This document shows positions 38,207 through 51,967 of a DNA stretch of 64,000 nucleotides, in pieces. The translations under genes were made by a program, and so were the position numbers. The DNA is taken from the NCBI GenBank assembly GCA_965112735.1, contig OZ218950.1:3224001-3288000 (forward strand), given 5' to 3'. The DNA comes from Phaeosaccion multiseriatum. Taxonomy: Eukaryota; Protista; Ochrophyta, other classes. The first letter of the stretch is position 1. Each line of letters begins with the position of its first letter. Below the pieces are notes generated by a model that was not told the origin of the DNA, did no database searches, and saw nothing but the letters and a program-made list of their open reading frames with translations.

Positions 38207-41200
38207 ATGGAAGAGGAAGAGGATCACATTGCTGATTGCTATGCGCCTGATGAAGAAGATGAGCGGCAGCAGTTTTCAGGATCACCCGGCGAGGGCAGTG
38301 TATATGGTGCAGCGAGGCACCAACAAGCTCAAGGTGGATTGCGCCAATCACCATCTGTGCCATCCGCACCAGTGGGGGCAGGGGCACTTGCAGCTGGAAC
38401 AGCAGGGGTGGTGGGCGAGGGAGGGCGGCCAGACGCTGAGAGAGGGGACGGGCGGCCATTGCTGCTAGCAGCGGCAGCGGCAGAAAGTGACAGGGACGGA
38501 AGGCGGGCCAAGGGGAGTTGCGTGCGATGCAAACGCTGGCACCGACGGTGTGACGGCAAGGTGCCATGCGAAGGGTGTGTTTCCAGGGGCTTTACGGAGG
38601 GCTGCATCTACGAGAAGCCTCGCAAGGTGAGAAGTATGCGTCATGTCATCTTATTGCGCTCCTTCCCTCTCAGTCTCACCCACTTGCTCAGCCTTGCATT
38701 TCCTTGTTCTTTGTTGCACCAACTCACTCCTGCGCCTCTCTCTCTCCCGGTTGCTCTTCTCCTATGTGCATAGAGAGGACCAAAGCCTGGTACGGTGCGG
38801 CGAAAGAAGGAGGCGAAGGGCGGTGGGGGAGGAAGCAAACCAGCGGCTCGGAGAGAGCCTCCACGAGAGACCCCTTCTGGGAGACGGGCCACCCCTTCTC
38901 GGCAGGAAGTACACGCCTGGACTGGGGTGGAGGGGAGACAGCAGCAGCAGTACCAGCAGTATCAGCAGCACCAGCAGCAGCACGAGCCGCAGCAGCAGCA
39001 GCAGCCGCGGCAAAACCAGCATAGTCACATAGATACGCTATCAGCCAGGCTTATGTCCACTTCTACGTCTACCCTTGCCCCTTCCGGCCCGGGCGTGAGG
39101 TCAAGACCATGGAGCGCACCGCCAGCAAGGGAACATCATGGGCAGCCCAGAGAGGAGGAGAAGGTGTCCAGCCATTATTTCTCTTCGCCACAGCCTCGAC
39201 CGCCTACGGGTCCGAGCATGTACGTTGAGTCGACAGGTCAACAACGACGGATCAGGGAGCCCCTCTCATCGCCAGACTACTTGAAGCAGCCGCCACAGCC
39301 GCGAAAACGCCAACGACAGGAGCTACCGTACACCCAGGAGCAGATAGACTACGATCATCACTATCCCCAGCCTCGAGGGACACCAGGGGCGGCGCCCTCA
39401 TACGATCAGCACCACCACCACCAGCACATACATCGTCATCATCAGCAGCAGCAACAGCAGCGGCAGCAGCAGCAGCAGCAGCAGTACCCACCGTATCCAT
39501 CCCACCTTAGAGGACCACCACCACAGCATCTGCCACCCCAGCACTGGTATCAGCAGCCTATTGCTCACTCGCACGCGCCTCTCGTATCACCTCCGTCATC
39601 TCTCGAACCAGCCCCGTACCTCCCCCGCCCACCGTACCGACAACCGCAAGAGCAAGAGCAACAGCAACAGCAGCAGAGCCACTACCTTCAGGCGCAAGCT
39701 CCACTTCACCCCGCCCACTTGGTCACCACCAGCAACGAGCGGGAGCGGCGCTCGCATGCCGCCTATCGAGAGCAACCCGCACAGGCGCACTCGGGCTACA
39801 CTCCCTTCTATCAAGTCTGGCGTCAGGGCGGGGGAGACGACGCGTATGGAGAGGTGAGTATGGAGCGGAGAGCAGTGGCCCAGTACGGAGCAGCAGCAGC
39901 AGAGGAAGAAGTCGAGGGGGGTCCACCGCGTACCACCACTGTGCCTGTGGGCGACAGCAGACAGGGCAGCAGTAGTAGCAGCCTTCCTGGCGTCAGAAGT
40001 GGCCAAACCAGCGCCGGTAGCAGCGGTAGTCGACTCAGAGAGCGTGAGGTGGTGGGGCCAGCAGAGGCGATGTCTGCCTCTGCCCACGCCCACCGCCATA
40101 CGCCTCCTCGGCAATCATGGGAGGAGGGGTCGGCTCGTTTTCTCGCCGTCCCGACACCAGCAGTGCCGTTGGGTCGACAGACCTCTCCTCCGACAAGAGG
40201 CCCTCCCTCGTCGCCTGGCCCTTCTGCTGGTGGTGGCGGTGGTGTGAGTGGGGGCAACTGCCCAGAGGTTCGTTTCTTGGCCCACTTTGCCGAGGAGATG
40301 GGGCCTGCAGGCACCTTCCTGCCTCTCTTCTCGTCCAACGGTGCCGTAAGTTTCGGAGACAGTGACAATGGCGGCCTCACCATGCAGGGCTTGGTATCGT
40401 CCCTCAGGGCCGTGAGCCCTCAGCGCTTGGAGCGCGTCTTTGCTGCTGGCTCGACCCGTGCATCAGCGGAGGGTAGGGGCGGGGGGAGGCTGCAAGTGGT
40501 GGAGCGGGCCGCTCTCGTCCCTGCGTTTCCCGCGGCGGAGGAGAACTGCGTGCTGTGGGGATGTGTGGCTCTCGGCGCCGTGAGATGCGGTCATCCTGCC
40601 TGGACCCTGTATCTTTCGCATGCGCTAATGTGGTCGGAGATGAGCGTCTCTTGGGGCCCGGGCGAGGCAGCTGTGGAAGGAGCAGCGCCACCAGTAGCAG
40701 CAGCAGCAGCAGCAGGACGGTCAGCCGGACGATACAGCAGTGGTCGTAGTAGGAGGAGCGGCAGCGGCAGTGGCGGCAGTAGCAGTGGCAGTGGCAGTGC
40801 GACCAGGCTGTTGAGTCATGTGCTGTTGGCCGAGGGGCTGTACGTCGCTTCTCTCCACAGCCACACCAGAGCCCACCTTGTTGAGTGCGAGAGGCTCTAC
40901 GACGAGATGGAGAGCCAACGGCATCAGCAACAGGCGGCAGGAGCAGGAGGGGAACAGGCCCCGCCCACCAGCCGCGTGTACCAGCTATCAGAGGTGCCAC
41001 CAGGAGTTCGGGCGCTCATGACCTTCCTGGCCGTACTTACCGCCTCTGTCATCACCGCACCCGATGCTGATGCCGCGACAGACAGCGGCAGCAGCAGCGC
41101 CGCCCCGCCCCTCCTGGCGCCCATCTCCGAGCCCGTCAAAAGCGACACCCCTCCACCCCTCCTGCCTCCCGTAACGGAGGTCGGGCAGCGCAGCAGCAGG

Positions 41201-42298
41201 AGGCACGGGCAGCAGAGTAGCGGAAAGACTCTCGTGGTCGTGCATCATCTTCCTCCTCCTCCGGGGCAGGACGGGAACGCAGAGGCAGCAGCAGTAGCCG
41301 CAGCAGCAGCAGAGAGCACCGCAACTTGTTGCTCGCCAGAAGGTTTACGCCAGCGCGTCGCCACTGACCTTGGGGCTTTCCCTGTGCCTCGAGCACTCGT
41401 GGAGCTCTATCTCTCTGCCATGATCGATCGGCACAACGACCACCTCAAAAGGGAGATTGCGGAGCGAGCGCTGGAAGCATCAGGTGGAGAGGAAGGTGGT
41501 GGTGGTGGTGGAGGAGGAGGAGGAGGAGGAGGAGGAGGAGGAGGAGGAGGAGGAGGAGGAGGAGGAGGAGGAGGAGGAGGAGAGGAAGGGGGTGGGAGCA
41601 GCAGGTCCGGAGAGGGAGCAGTGGCCATAGCGGCGGAGGGCACGTGGGCTGGCATTGCACGCATGGAAGCGACTCTGCAGAGTATGAAGCCTGTTCTCCC
41701 AGGACGGCCCCGGCCCATTTTGGGTGCTCCCTCATCAGCACCCTCCGGGATCAGTAGTACCGCCACCGCGACAACAACAGCAGCAGCGGTTGGTGGTACA
41801 GGGAGCGAGGCGGTGGGCCCGGGGCAGGGGAGCAGCACCCTTATGGAGGCTATGACTCTTCATCTCAACGGTGTAGTGCAACTGTACCAGTCGAGAGACG
41901 TGCAGAGATTTCTGCAAGAGGTGCGAGACCTCGTCTCTCTCTTGGACGACCATGGGACACCGGGCTGCCTGCTACTCTTCGCTCCTCATGCGGTACATCA
42001 GCACCTCTTTCTGCTACGCCAGTTGGGAGCCAGGCGTGAGTATGACCAGTTGAGAAGCCTCCTCTTGCCGTGCCACCTTCCCGTGGTGCCCGACTTCGAC
42101 TCCTACTCGACGAGAAGTGCTCTTCCTGCTGGAGATGCCTGCCTCGAAGGGCTGGAGGAGCACTTCCCTGGCGTTGGCGCAGGAGGCCAAGATCAAGGGG
42201 CTCATGCGGGGGGGCGTTGCCCCCCTCGGCCTTCAAGAAGCGAAGTCAGCCCATCTCCTGGGCTGAGTAGTGACAGTGACCCCGACGACGGGCAGTAG
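38207..42298 (+). CDS. Zn(II)2Cys6 binuclear-cluster transcription factor with long low-complexity region
   Basis: SCVRCKRWHRRCDGKVPCEGCVSRGFTEGCIY fits C-x2-C-x6-C-x5-C-x2-C-x7-C. Intron ~38627-38773, then a long exon with polyQ/polyG and a helical C-terminal region. The true start may be upstream. Confidence 0.85.
41495..41585 (+). repeat. (GGT)(GGA)n coding polyglycine tract
   Basis: Encodes about 29 consecutive Gly in the Zn2Cys6 TF ORF. Confidence 0.9.
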
Positions 42299-42729
42299 TT
42301 GGCAGTAGTTGGATAAGCCGACGACGGAGGCGGGGGGGCGAGAGAGGGTTTGATTTATTGGATAGATTCTTCCTTAGGTAATGGCGGTGAGTAGTAGGAC
42401 GAGTGAGATGGAAAAGTGTCGTGTAAAACCAGCTCACACACTGTGGGAGACATGGAGTTTTTTTTTCCCCCCCCCTTCAGTCTGAGTATCTGAGTTGTAG
42501 CACATGACAAAAATAAAGGGAAGTAATCAAATGACAGAACAGACAAAACTGCGCGGCGCGAGAGACTATGATTGTACATATATGGCTGGGACGAGGAGAT
42601 AGGACAGGGGCAACAGGAGAGTATATATATATTTTATGGGAAAGGGTATAATTGATGATCGTTCTTTCCATTACACAGGACCTTTTTTTCCGACGGCGGT
42701 TCTTTACTTGGCAAGTGAAAACAGAGGAA

Positions 42730-43921
42730 ATGGAGGGGGGTGCCTCCGCTGTGCCGCTAAGAGAAGCAGCAGAAGCAGTAGATCGGGTGCGGCAGGCGGA
42801 GGCGACTACGGCCGATGCAGCTTTGGTGCTCCAGGACGAGCACGAGGTAGAGGAGGAAGATGAGAGGGAGGAGGAGGGGGAGGAGGAGGAGCAGGAGGGC
42901 CTGCTTCTTGCTGCGGAGGAAGCGCTGGACAGCGATGCTATCATCGCCCAGACCGTGAGGAGGGTATCCGCCGCTCTTCTGAAGAGTCGAAAGGGAAATC
43001 GCAAGGAGGAGGAAGTTGTGAAGGCCTTTTTGCGGAAGCTGGAGGAGTCTTGGACAATGAGGGCTGCGAGACTGCGGAAAGAGGGGAAAAATGCAGGGGA
43101 GAGGCGCATGGAGGAAGAAGACCGGCAGCTCGAGAAGGCGAGAAGACAGAGAGAGCTGGGTGAGTGAACTCGGCTTGGCCGGACCGTGGATGAGGGGAAC
43201 GATATTTTCCCCAGAGCATGCCCGAAATAACTCCTTCCTCGTCCCTCCTCCACTATTTTTGCCTCTTCCACAGAGAGAGAGGTTGAGTTTGAGCAAGAGG
43301 ACCAAGAGTTGGAGGAGAATCAGGTCGTGGGCCAGTTGCTCTACTCGGAAGCCAGCGAGCAGGAGGAGGAGGGGCGGAGGAGGGCTGTCAGACCCCGCCT
43401 GGTCGTCGGAACAGCACCCCTCGTCCTGCCCCTCGGGTGTACGCTGGTGGGCGGTCGGCCAAGGGCCCTTCTCAAGGCCCCAAAGGCCCCATGGGCTCCC
43501 ACAGCCTCTCCGCGCCCGGTGCCCTGGAGGGAAAGAGATCTACTTGGCGTTACGTGGGCGGCTGTGGGCTTGAATGTTGACGGGGAAGGGGAAGCGCGGC
43601 AGGAGGAGAGGAGCAGCAGCGAGGTCGACGCCGTTGCCAGGGGCCATGCTTTGGATGTTTCTAGAGACGCAGAGAGGGATGCGTCTGCAGATGCCACGGG
43701 GCCGTCGCACCTGCCGGCAGATGGCGTAACCCCATTGGCATCAGCCCCTGTCCCCTCAGCTGCTCCGACAGAGGTAGGAGCGGCAAGAGGATCGGCAGCA
43801 GCAATTCCAGCAGCGACAGCAGGAGTAGCAGCAGCAGCGGCTGAAGGGGCGGTAAATACAGAGGAAGGAAATTCGGCCCAGACGGCTGCAGTCGAAGGGC
43901 GAGGTAGTGAAGAACGGAACG

Positions 43922-43954
<33 letters not shown>

Positions 43955-44253
43955 CTCGCGCAGAAGCCCCCACTACCGAGGATGGACATGATAAAGCTGC
44001 GGCGCAAGTGCCCATCGGCAGAGCAGAGCAGAACAATGACAGTGAGGATGTCGAGATGGAAGAGGTGGAAGAAGATGGGCTTTTCGACGACGCCTGGGGA
44101 GGCAATCGCCTCGTCGCTGTGTATCACTCAGGCCTCAAGAAGACGGTGGGCGACAAGTGGAAGCTGCGGCTGAATGGCGTCGTAATCTCCGCGGACGGGA
44201 AAGAGTACTTGCTCGACAAATGCGCGTGCAGCATGCCCCTCGACATCACTTGA
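42730..44253 (+). CDS. Divergent TFIIA large (alpha/beta) subunit-like protein
   Basis: N-terminal helices DAIIAQTVRRVSAAL...FLRKLEESW; C-terminal barrel NRLVAVYH..KKTVGDKWKLRLNGVVISADGKEYLLDK preceded by an acidic run; NVDG resembles the QVDG cleavage motif; one intron ~43160-43272. Confidence 0.6.
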
Positions 44254-45052
44254 CCCTTTAAACCTTGACCTCCGGACTCACTCACTCAGAGCTGCGGCCC
44301 GCCGTTCAGCTGCAAAGCACGCACACTGTTGTTCGTCGGCTCTTGTCGCAGCAAGCTGAATTCAAACAGGGGGGGGGCATCTTGAGGAGCGAAGGCGGAA
44401 ACTCTCGACTTGGGGCACATGGGCAGTCGTCATTGCGCGCTGTCTTGTCCCATCCGTGAAGGCACGGGGGGCTCGGGGGGAGCGACTTGGCACTGCCGAG
44501 CAGTTCCCTCCTCGCCCGGAATGTACGCTGCCTACGTAATACCAAGGTGCCTCCAGTCCAGTGAGGGACGGCATGACCAACGCCGGCCGCGAAGCCGCTG
44601 CTCGTCTGCCAGCGTGGTCTTTCACTCGTCCGCCAGCTCTACGCACCCTCGCTTTGGACGGTGTGGTCGCGCGGAGCGTAAGAGGGGCTCGAGTAGCGGT
44701 CAACGGTCTTGATGAACAGTAAAGTAAGCACGACTACACTGAGGAGCGCGCAGGGACACACGCACGTGGATCTTTTCTTTGGGGGGCGCTGAAGAAGGGA
44801 AGGGCACCTCTACCTTTCGGAGCGGATACCCTCCCCACCGGAACATCAAGACCAAGACATGGTGAGAAGGGGTGGTCCGGGCACAGGACGAAGGGTCGTT
44901 CGTTGGGTATTCGAAGTCCAATGCAAGCCGCAGGGTGATGCCCAAACGAGTGTTCAGGCTTGCTTTGCTTCCAACAAATACATACAATAGTGAGATGGCA
45001 ACAGAGGTTTTTACGACAGAGCGCCTCCCGCCCTACCCTCTACCCTCCTTCC

Positions 45053-46421
45053 TTATCCATCGGTCCAGCCCTTACCCCTCTTTCCTTTTGACTTGACGCG
45101 ACCCCTGCTGCCTCCGTCCCACTCTGGCTTCAGGTTTTCGACAATGAATTTTTCGCCCTTTGTGGCGGCAACCCTGCCGTCCCTGTACCTGAGGCCTGAA
45201 GCGCCCTTCTTGTCCGGGTACGCCACGAGAATGCCGCCTTCCTTCTTCTTGCCACCCTTCCCCGCGGCCGCGCTTGAGTCTGCTTGCGGGCGGATGACCT
45301 GGTCAGCGAACTTTTCGACAATGCCTGCTTTCAACTCCCTTTTCTCTCTAGCTTCTTCATCCTCCCGCTGCAGCAGAGGGCACGGACGGGCATTGATGTT
45401 CATCATGAGAAATGTGCAATGGAGAGGGGCGGGGAGCGAGACCGATGGTAAGAGTGGACCGGGAAGACGGGGGGACCAAAGCGATGAGGGAAGCAGAGGA
45501 TTCCCCCCCTGATGACATGCAGCTGTTCTCGCTACTACTGTACACTCGCTACTGCCCGCTCTCACTCTCACCTCCCGCTTCTCCCCCGCCCAGGCCTCTG
45601 CTTTGCGAGTGAGTGTCTCCAGCCGTTGGGTGGAGCTCGTCTCCTCCAGCAGGAAATCCACGGCTGCTTTTCGGCTCAAGCGCTGTGCAAGCAGTACGTA
45701 TCTAATCACCTGCACGCACGCACGCACGCACGCACACAGCCAGCGGGACGACGGAGGTAGGGAAAGCACAGCAGCAAAGAGAATGAAAAGTGCAATGTCT
45801 AATCGCAGGCGAGAAGGCAAGGGCTGAGGCTGCAACTCAAACCGTCGATCCTCCCCCCCCCCCCACACACACATCAAAAATTTGAATCCGCGACCGCCTT
45901 TCTCTCTCAAGTTTTTCATCTTACCTCCGAGGGAATCTGAGGCATTACCTCGCGTAGAAAGCCTTCGTCTTGCGTCTCTGATGAGTCACCCATGTCTGCT
46001 GCCAAGGCGCATGCGATGGCTCGTTGGCCTACTCGCGCAGCTGTTTCTTCGTGATCTGTATTTGGCGGGGCCCCGACGATTCCTCCCCCCGAGCGAACGC
46101 TGTTAACGAAGCTCTCCACACGGCATCCCCAATCTTCACCCTGTTGGGGAGCACATGGCAGCAGTGGCAGCAGTGTGTGGTGTTGTTAGACCCGTTGAAC
46201 AGTTGGAAAGCCTTCATCCTTCAAACCACAGGGCTCACATCGTCGAGTTGCAGGTGCGACAAGAGCACCTCAGATATTACGTCAGCCTCCACGTCCTCGT
46301 CCGCCGCCAATGCCAACACGTAGTCTCTGGTGGGTTCGTCTAGCTCATCCTGAGGGACGCCAAGTCCAATAAGGAAGGTGGAAAGTCTAGCCCCTCCAGG
46401 ATCAGCTGGAGGAGGAGTCAT
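45053..46421 (-). CDS. CUE-domain protein, CUEDC2-like
   Basis: N-terminal LDEPTRDYVLAL; CUE-like EVIRYVL..KAAVDFLLE; C-terminal LKAGIVEKF...LRYRDGRVAATKGEKF resembling the CUEDC2 IRY.D..VVSTKGERF motif. Confidence 0.6.
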
Positions 46422-46718
46422 ACCCTGTCCAGGGCTTGGGGCTACAAAACGCCCACCCTTTGCTTGGAATCGACAGCTGAGCTGCGTTTGGGATATACTT
46501 TGAACTTCTCAACGGGGCCTGGATCGGCTTGGCCTGGGTGCACCTGCGTCGCCAAACTATGACCAACTGCTGAACCTGCCCTGCAACGGTCCATCCGATC
46601 ATCATTGATAAGGCGGATCATAAAAGTGTGAACAACCCTTCGTGTACAGCACCAGAACTATATACCGGCAGCAGTAGCAGCAGCGACAGGCTGGGAAGCA
46701 TCGGCGGGCTGGGAAGCC

Positions 46719-49510
46719 ATGGATTCCGGCTTGGGCCCTCACCAGTTCTGGAGCTTCTCCCCTGCCATCAATCTTTTGGAGTGTGATGGCAGCGGTGGCA
46801 CGAGCAGCAGCAGTTCCAGTAGTGGTAGTAAGAGTGGAAAGCAGGTAGGAGGTGGAGGGCATGATGCCGCTTGGGAGAAGCTTGAGGAAGTGAACATCTT
46901 GGTGTTGCAGCCAGGCGATGTGGGCCATATCGTCAAGACTATTTGCTCTCGCAGACGCCATCCTCAGCAGCGGATCAATGTGAGTGAGGGGATCACCTGC
47001 TGGACTTGTCACACTCCTCTTTCGCGTGTGTAGGAGACGGGAGGAGGACGGTGAGGTTGTTTCTTTTAGCTTGTGGGCTCTTGAAAGGGTTGGGTAAGAA
47101 AGGGAGGTGTTGTCGGGAGAGGGCTGCGTGCGCACGCTACGATAGCACAGCCGCCTTCCCGGTCGAAGCTGCTGTGTCGCGAATCATGAACCTTATTGTT
47201 CAGCAGCAGCTCACTTCCTTCCCCTCTCTCTCGCCCTCCAGATCTACCTGTGGGATCAGCCCGTAGAGGCCTTGGCGCGGCACATACTCCTGCTGCAAGT
47301 GCTGCATGACTGGGAGCTTCCGGTCAGACAGAGAGCCAACGTGTTTCTAGAGATCCACGGCAACATCAAAGTGCAGGTGAGGACGGGAGAGAGGGCACGT
47401 CTTGAACCCTCGAATGCAGAGCGGGGCCAGCAGTAGGACTTGGCTCCCAGCGTGCTGTGTGCTTTCCTCAAAGAGAGACATAGAGGCTGACAGTTACAGA
47501 CCTCCTCCCACCTCCCCTTATCTCCATTCCCTCCTCTCCCCTCCCCTCCCCTCCCCTCCCTTCGAGCAGGAGCGTACTTCCAAGTACATCGAGCGGCTCG
47601 GAAAGGAGCTCATCACGCTCGTGTGCGACGGAAAGGGCGCCATGGAGGACCTGCTGGACCTATCTCTGCTCAAGTTCAGAGAGAGGGACATGCTGGAAGG
47701 AGTGTTTCAGTCGTGGCGGCACGACGTGCCCTACGACATAGACGGGCTCAGGGACCAAAGACTCAGGCACTACTATGGCAAGCGCTACGACGCCCGAAAG
47801 CAGGTGAGTGAGCGCCCCCGGCTTGTGAGGGCGTGAGTGCCTTTCCTTCATAGGCCAGGCAGGGTAGGCCACACGAGAGCTCTCTTTGGTCCTGTCAGCT
47901 CTGCTCAGTTGAGTCAGTGCATGGCCTGGCGGCGGCAGGAGCAGCAAGCAACAAAGCACCCTCACCTTTCCCTTGGGTGTTAAAAGGGAATGTCTCATCT
48001 ACACACACCCAACCTCGGCACCATCTAAATGCTGCGGCCCTCTTGCGCGGCCCTCTTGGTTTAGGTGTCGGACTGGGACTACCACCAACGAGTCAAGCCC
48101 ACTGCCAGCATCATCCACATCAGGCAGTTTCGCGGCTGGAGGGAGCGCGGAATCGCTTTTGAGTTTGGAGATCAGGTCGGTGTAGCTAGGGGCAGGGGCA
48201 AGGCACTTTAGGGGGAAATGGGTTGTGGTCTGCATGGACCAGAAGGTCAGGCGCAGCCGGGAGAAAGACGCGGGAGTCTTTTTTTCCTCCTCCGTGTGTA
48301 TCGCCGGTCCCCACCACCTACCGGCCTGCCTGCCCCCACTCTCGTCAGTCAGTCGGGTCAACTCATCCCCCATCCTCATCTATCCGATTGTCCTTGATGA
48401 TGGGTCCCTCACAGGTGTACGATCACCCCAACCGCAGCGTGGCCAGCTACACAGAGGGGATGATGAAGAAGGGCGCCCACCGGGGGCACAAGAAAGAGGT
48501 GCGTCCCGAGCCCACGTGCGTTCATTTCATACACACATATACGTTGAACAGAGCCAGAGATACCTCTGCCGCTGGTTCGTTCGTCCGTCTGCCCCGTTAG
48601 TACAAAGCCTGCGGCATGCACTCCGTTAGACTTGCGCTGCTGCCTCCGTTCCTGTCCAGTGCGAGTGGAGTGGAGTGAAACAGGGGGATGAGAAGACGAT
48701 CACTTACCTTACCACTGTGCATGTTGGTGTGCATGCACCTACGGTTGCAGCAACACGTCCTGCTGTGTGATCGCTGTGTGTGGTGCTCCCCTCGTCCAGT
48801 TTCAGTTTCAGCTTGGCAGCCTCTAATCTCTCCCTCAACGGACTTGTCAATCTGTCTGCGGTGCTGTCTCCACTCCAGGTGCGGGGCTTTTGGGGTGACA
48901 TTCGTGTGGGCCCATTTGTCACATTCGGAGTGGACTGCGATCAACCGAACCCGTTCGCGCGAGACCTGTTCTACATTGTGAACAAGGTCAGTCAGAACCC
49001 CCCCTGGAAGACGAAAGAAAGTACCTGCCCCTCTCTTTCGAAAGCAAGCCTGCCTCAGGGCCCGTAGGCTTCTCTCTCCCCGCTCTCAAATGGCGTTCGA
49101 ATCCCGACCCTTCCTCGTCCTCCATCTCACCACACAACACAACAGGGTACCGGCTCGGAGCAGCACCGACACAACTTTGCTGAAGTGGCGGTGTACAATC
49201 TGTTGAGCTTCTTGTGGGAAGTGGAGACGGGGCAGGAGTATCGTATGACGAAGAAGCACGACATCTACAGCGGGCTGGGGGAGGACGAGCAAGGCAAGAA
49301 GGGGGGTAAGGAGGAAGAGGAGAAGGGGGAGGAAAGTTTAGTGAAGAAGGAAGGGGACGGGGAGGAGGAGCAGGAGGAGGAGGAGGAGGAAGGTTCGCGG
49401 TTCGAGGAGCTGGACACTGTAGAGGAGGAACAAGTAGAAGGAGAAGAGAAGGGCAAGACAGAAGGTACAAGTAGCACTGACAAGGGAGAAGGAGCAGAAG
49501 AGGGGGTAGA

Positions 49511-49544
<34 letters not shown>

Positions 49545-50042
49545 GCCGCGGAGGCCGAGGGTTTGAAGAGAGCTCAGACCATCGTGGAGACAATGGAGGG
49601 GGTGCGGCTCATCCCACTGAGCGGGGACAAGCTCGAGGCGTGTTGCCTGGGCAAGGGCCGCTTCCAGAGGGCCTTCCACCGCGTGCACGTGTCGCTGTTC
49701 GCGGCACACCAGGTAGGGCTGGAGGGGTTTAACGATGTGCTGCAGGACGACGCGCTGGTCACGGTGGAGACGGGCAAGCACTGCGTTCCCTTAGGGGAGG
49801 AGCAGCAGCTGGCCCTGCTGGATAGAGTGGCCATCATGGCTGCCCAGCGTAAGTGGGACCCTTGCTTCCCGGCTACGCTCAAGAAGCCGACGACGGGAGG
49901 GGCAGGTGGGGGCGACAAACAGGAGCAGGAGCAGCACGAGCAGCTGCCGCCCTCGTCCTATTCGTTTCCCTCGGGGAGTACAGAGGAGGTGCTCGATTTG
50001 GAGAGGCTGGCCTTCCGCTTCCGGAGGGGCCCGGCCTCGTGA
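46719..50042 (+). CDS. DNAAF3: Dynein axonemal assembly factor 3 (PF22)
   Basis: GLGPHQFWSFSPA; GDVGHIVKT; EALARHILLL; FLEIHGN; LSLLKFRERDMLE; RLRHYYGKRYDARK..DWDY; FRGWRERGIAFE; PNRSVAS; RGFWGDIRVGPFVTFG. Confidence 0.93.
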
Positions 50043-50192
50043 TAAAATGAAGTAACACACTCGAAGTCAGTCAGCGATGATTTGTCGATGTCGTCGAATG
50101 TCGACGTCGATATCGAGGTAGATTGTCGAGATCAATCAAGCTGAAACTGAAAATCTGCTCCTCCCTCCTCTTCCTCTTTCTCCACGAGGCTT

Positions 50193-51692
50193 ATGCTTTG
50201 GTCTCTGCTAGTCGCAGCAGCGTTATGCACAGCCCATGCCTTCGTGCATCCCACGCTGCATTGCAAACTCTGTCGTCCCCGAGGGCTTCGTGCCCACAGC
50301 GAGGCCACCCCGAGAATAGGCAGTAGCAGCAGTACCAGATTAAGCAACAGCGCTCCCACCAGTGCCAGACGTGGGTTTCGCAACGTATTCGAGTCTCGAA
50401 CTCGACCGCTTTCCTCAGCGTCAGTGGGCCCATTAGCAGCCAAGAACGGGGCAGCTGGAGCTGATGATGATGCCCCCAAGGGGAGGATAGGGAAGATGCT
50501 GCTTAAGCTGAAGAACTACGGTCAGGCAGGCATTCTCGCTTACGGGGTGCTCAACGGGGCATACTATACCACCGCCTTCTTCTTGGCATGGTTTGGGCTG
50601 GCCGCTCGCTTCGGAGCCCCCGCACTGACCAGCGGTGGCGGCACTTCACACGTCCTGCAGCGCTTCCTGAAGACCATGGGAGTCGTGTACGCGGGGAGCC
50701 AGGTCACAAAGATCTTTAGGTGAGGCATGTGTGTATACATATATACATGTGTGTGTGCGGTGTGGGTATGTGTGTGTGTGGAAACTGTTTTGTTTGTATG
50801 CCACTCAGAGCAGCAAGCAACGAGACGAAGAGGAAGTTAGTTAGTTAGTTAGTTAGTCCCTCGTCTTTTTCTTTCTTCCCCTCTCGCTCGCTCCCACTGA
50901 TTCCTTCACTCATCCACTCTCCATCACTTCTCCTACATCGCATCGCAAGAGCAGAGTGGGAGGAGCCGTGTTCTTGGCCCCCGCCGCAGAGCGGGTGCTG
51001 ACGGGCACAGCGAAGAAACTGGACGTTGACGAGGGAAAGGCCTTTGCCATTCTCGCGGGCCTGTTGCTGGGGAGTGTGTTCATGTAAGTGGCGCGAGTGG
51101 CGGGTCGGGGGGGGGGGGGGAGTGGGTGCTACACGAATTTGTTTTCCCCGAACCGTCGTTATAGCTGGGGCTTGGGGAAAGCACGGGCTGCTGCTTGCCA
51201 CTGCTGCTTGACGCTGCTGCTTGCCGCCGCCGCTGCTGCTGCTGCTATTGTTTATGCGTACCTTTCTCTGATACACTCTGCCCTCACCTACTGCTCTATT
51301 GTTCTACTGTACTGAGATACTGATGGCTCACTTTCTATGACATCGTCGCCCTTCACATAACATGCAGAGCATGGGCCGTCATGGTATCCTTCAGTACAGT
51401 TTTTCTGGACGGTGGAGGTGAGTGAGTGAGTGGGTGAGTGGGTGAGTGAGGGAGGGAAGGAGGAAGTGAGTGAGTGAGTGAGTGAGTGAGTTAGTTAGTG
51501 GGTGAGAGGAAAGAAGGAAGTGAGCGAGGGAAGGAGGGAGTGAGGGAGGGAGGGAAGGGGGGAGTGAATGAGTGAGGGATTGAGTAAGCGAGAGCGAGCT
51601 CAATAGTCAGCACTCTTGAGCGTGTACCACTCAGAGACGCATTGGCAGCAGCCCTGCTCAGCTGGTCCCTCCCTCCCCTGGCTCTCTCCTAG
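50193..51692 (+). CDS. Plastid-targeted small membrane protein (DUF1279/FAM210-like)
   Basis: Leader MLWSLLVAAALCTAHA|FVHP; KLKNYGQAGILAYGVLNGAYY; GVVYAGSQVTKIFR/VGGAVFLAP. The 3' exons (~51367-51417, ~51607-51692) are tentative. Confidence 0.65.
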
Positions 51693-51967
51693 AGACCCAG
51701 ACTCGCTCTCTTTGCGTCTTGCGCTGCCAAACGCAGACCCACTCAGGAGCGTGCCAGTGCCCTCACCACCTTCCCCCTCTCCCCCCCCACATCGTGACGA
51801 AAGGTGCAAAGAGCGCGCTGTTATTAACCGGGCCTCTCTCTTGTCTGTCCCCTCTCGAGGCTGAGGGCGACGCAGGCAAGAGGAGGAGCGCGGCTTGTGG
51901 TGGAGGGGCAGGAGGCAGGCGCGGGAGGAGAGGCGATGCCGCAACCTCAATTGGCCGCCTTGGAGGA

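Noticed and set aside
44265-45050. Short ORFs between the TFIIA-like and CUEDC2-like genes, and likewise at 24000-24690
   Set aside because: No recognisable motifs or consistent exon structure; probably convergent 3' UTR or intergenic DNA.
49090-49115. GTTCGAATCCC T-loop-like motif
   Set aside because: No acceptor, D or anticodon stems are found around it; it lies in a DNAAF3 intron.
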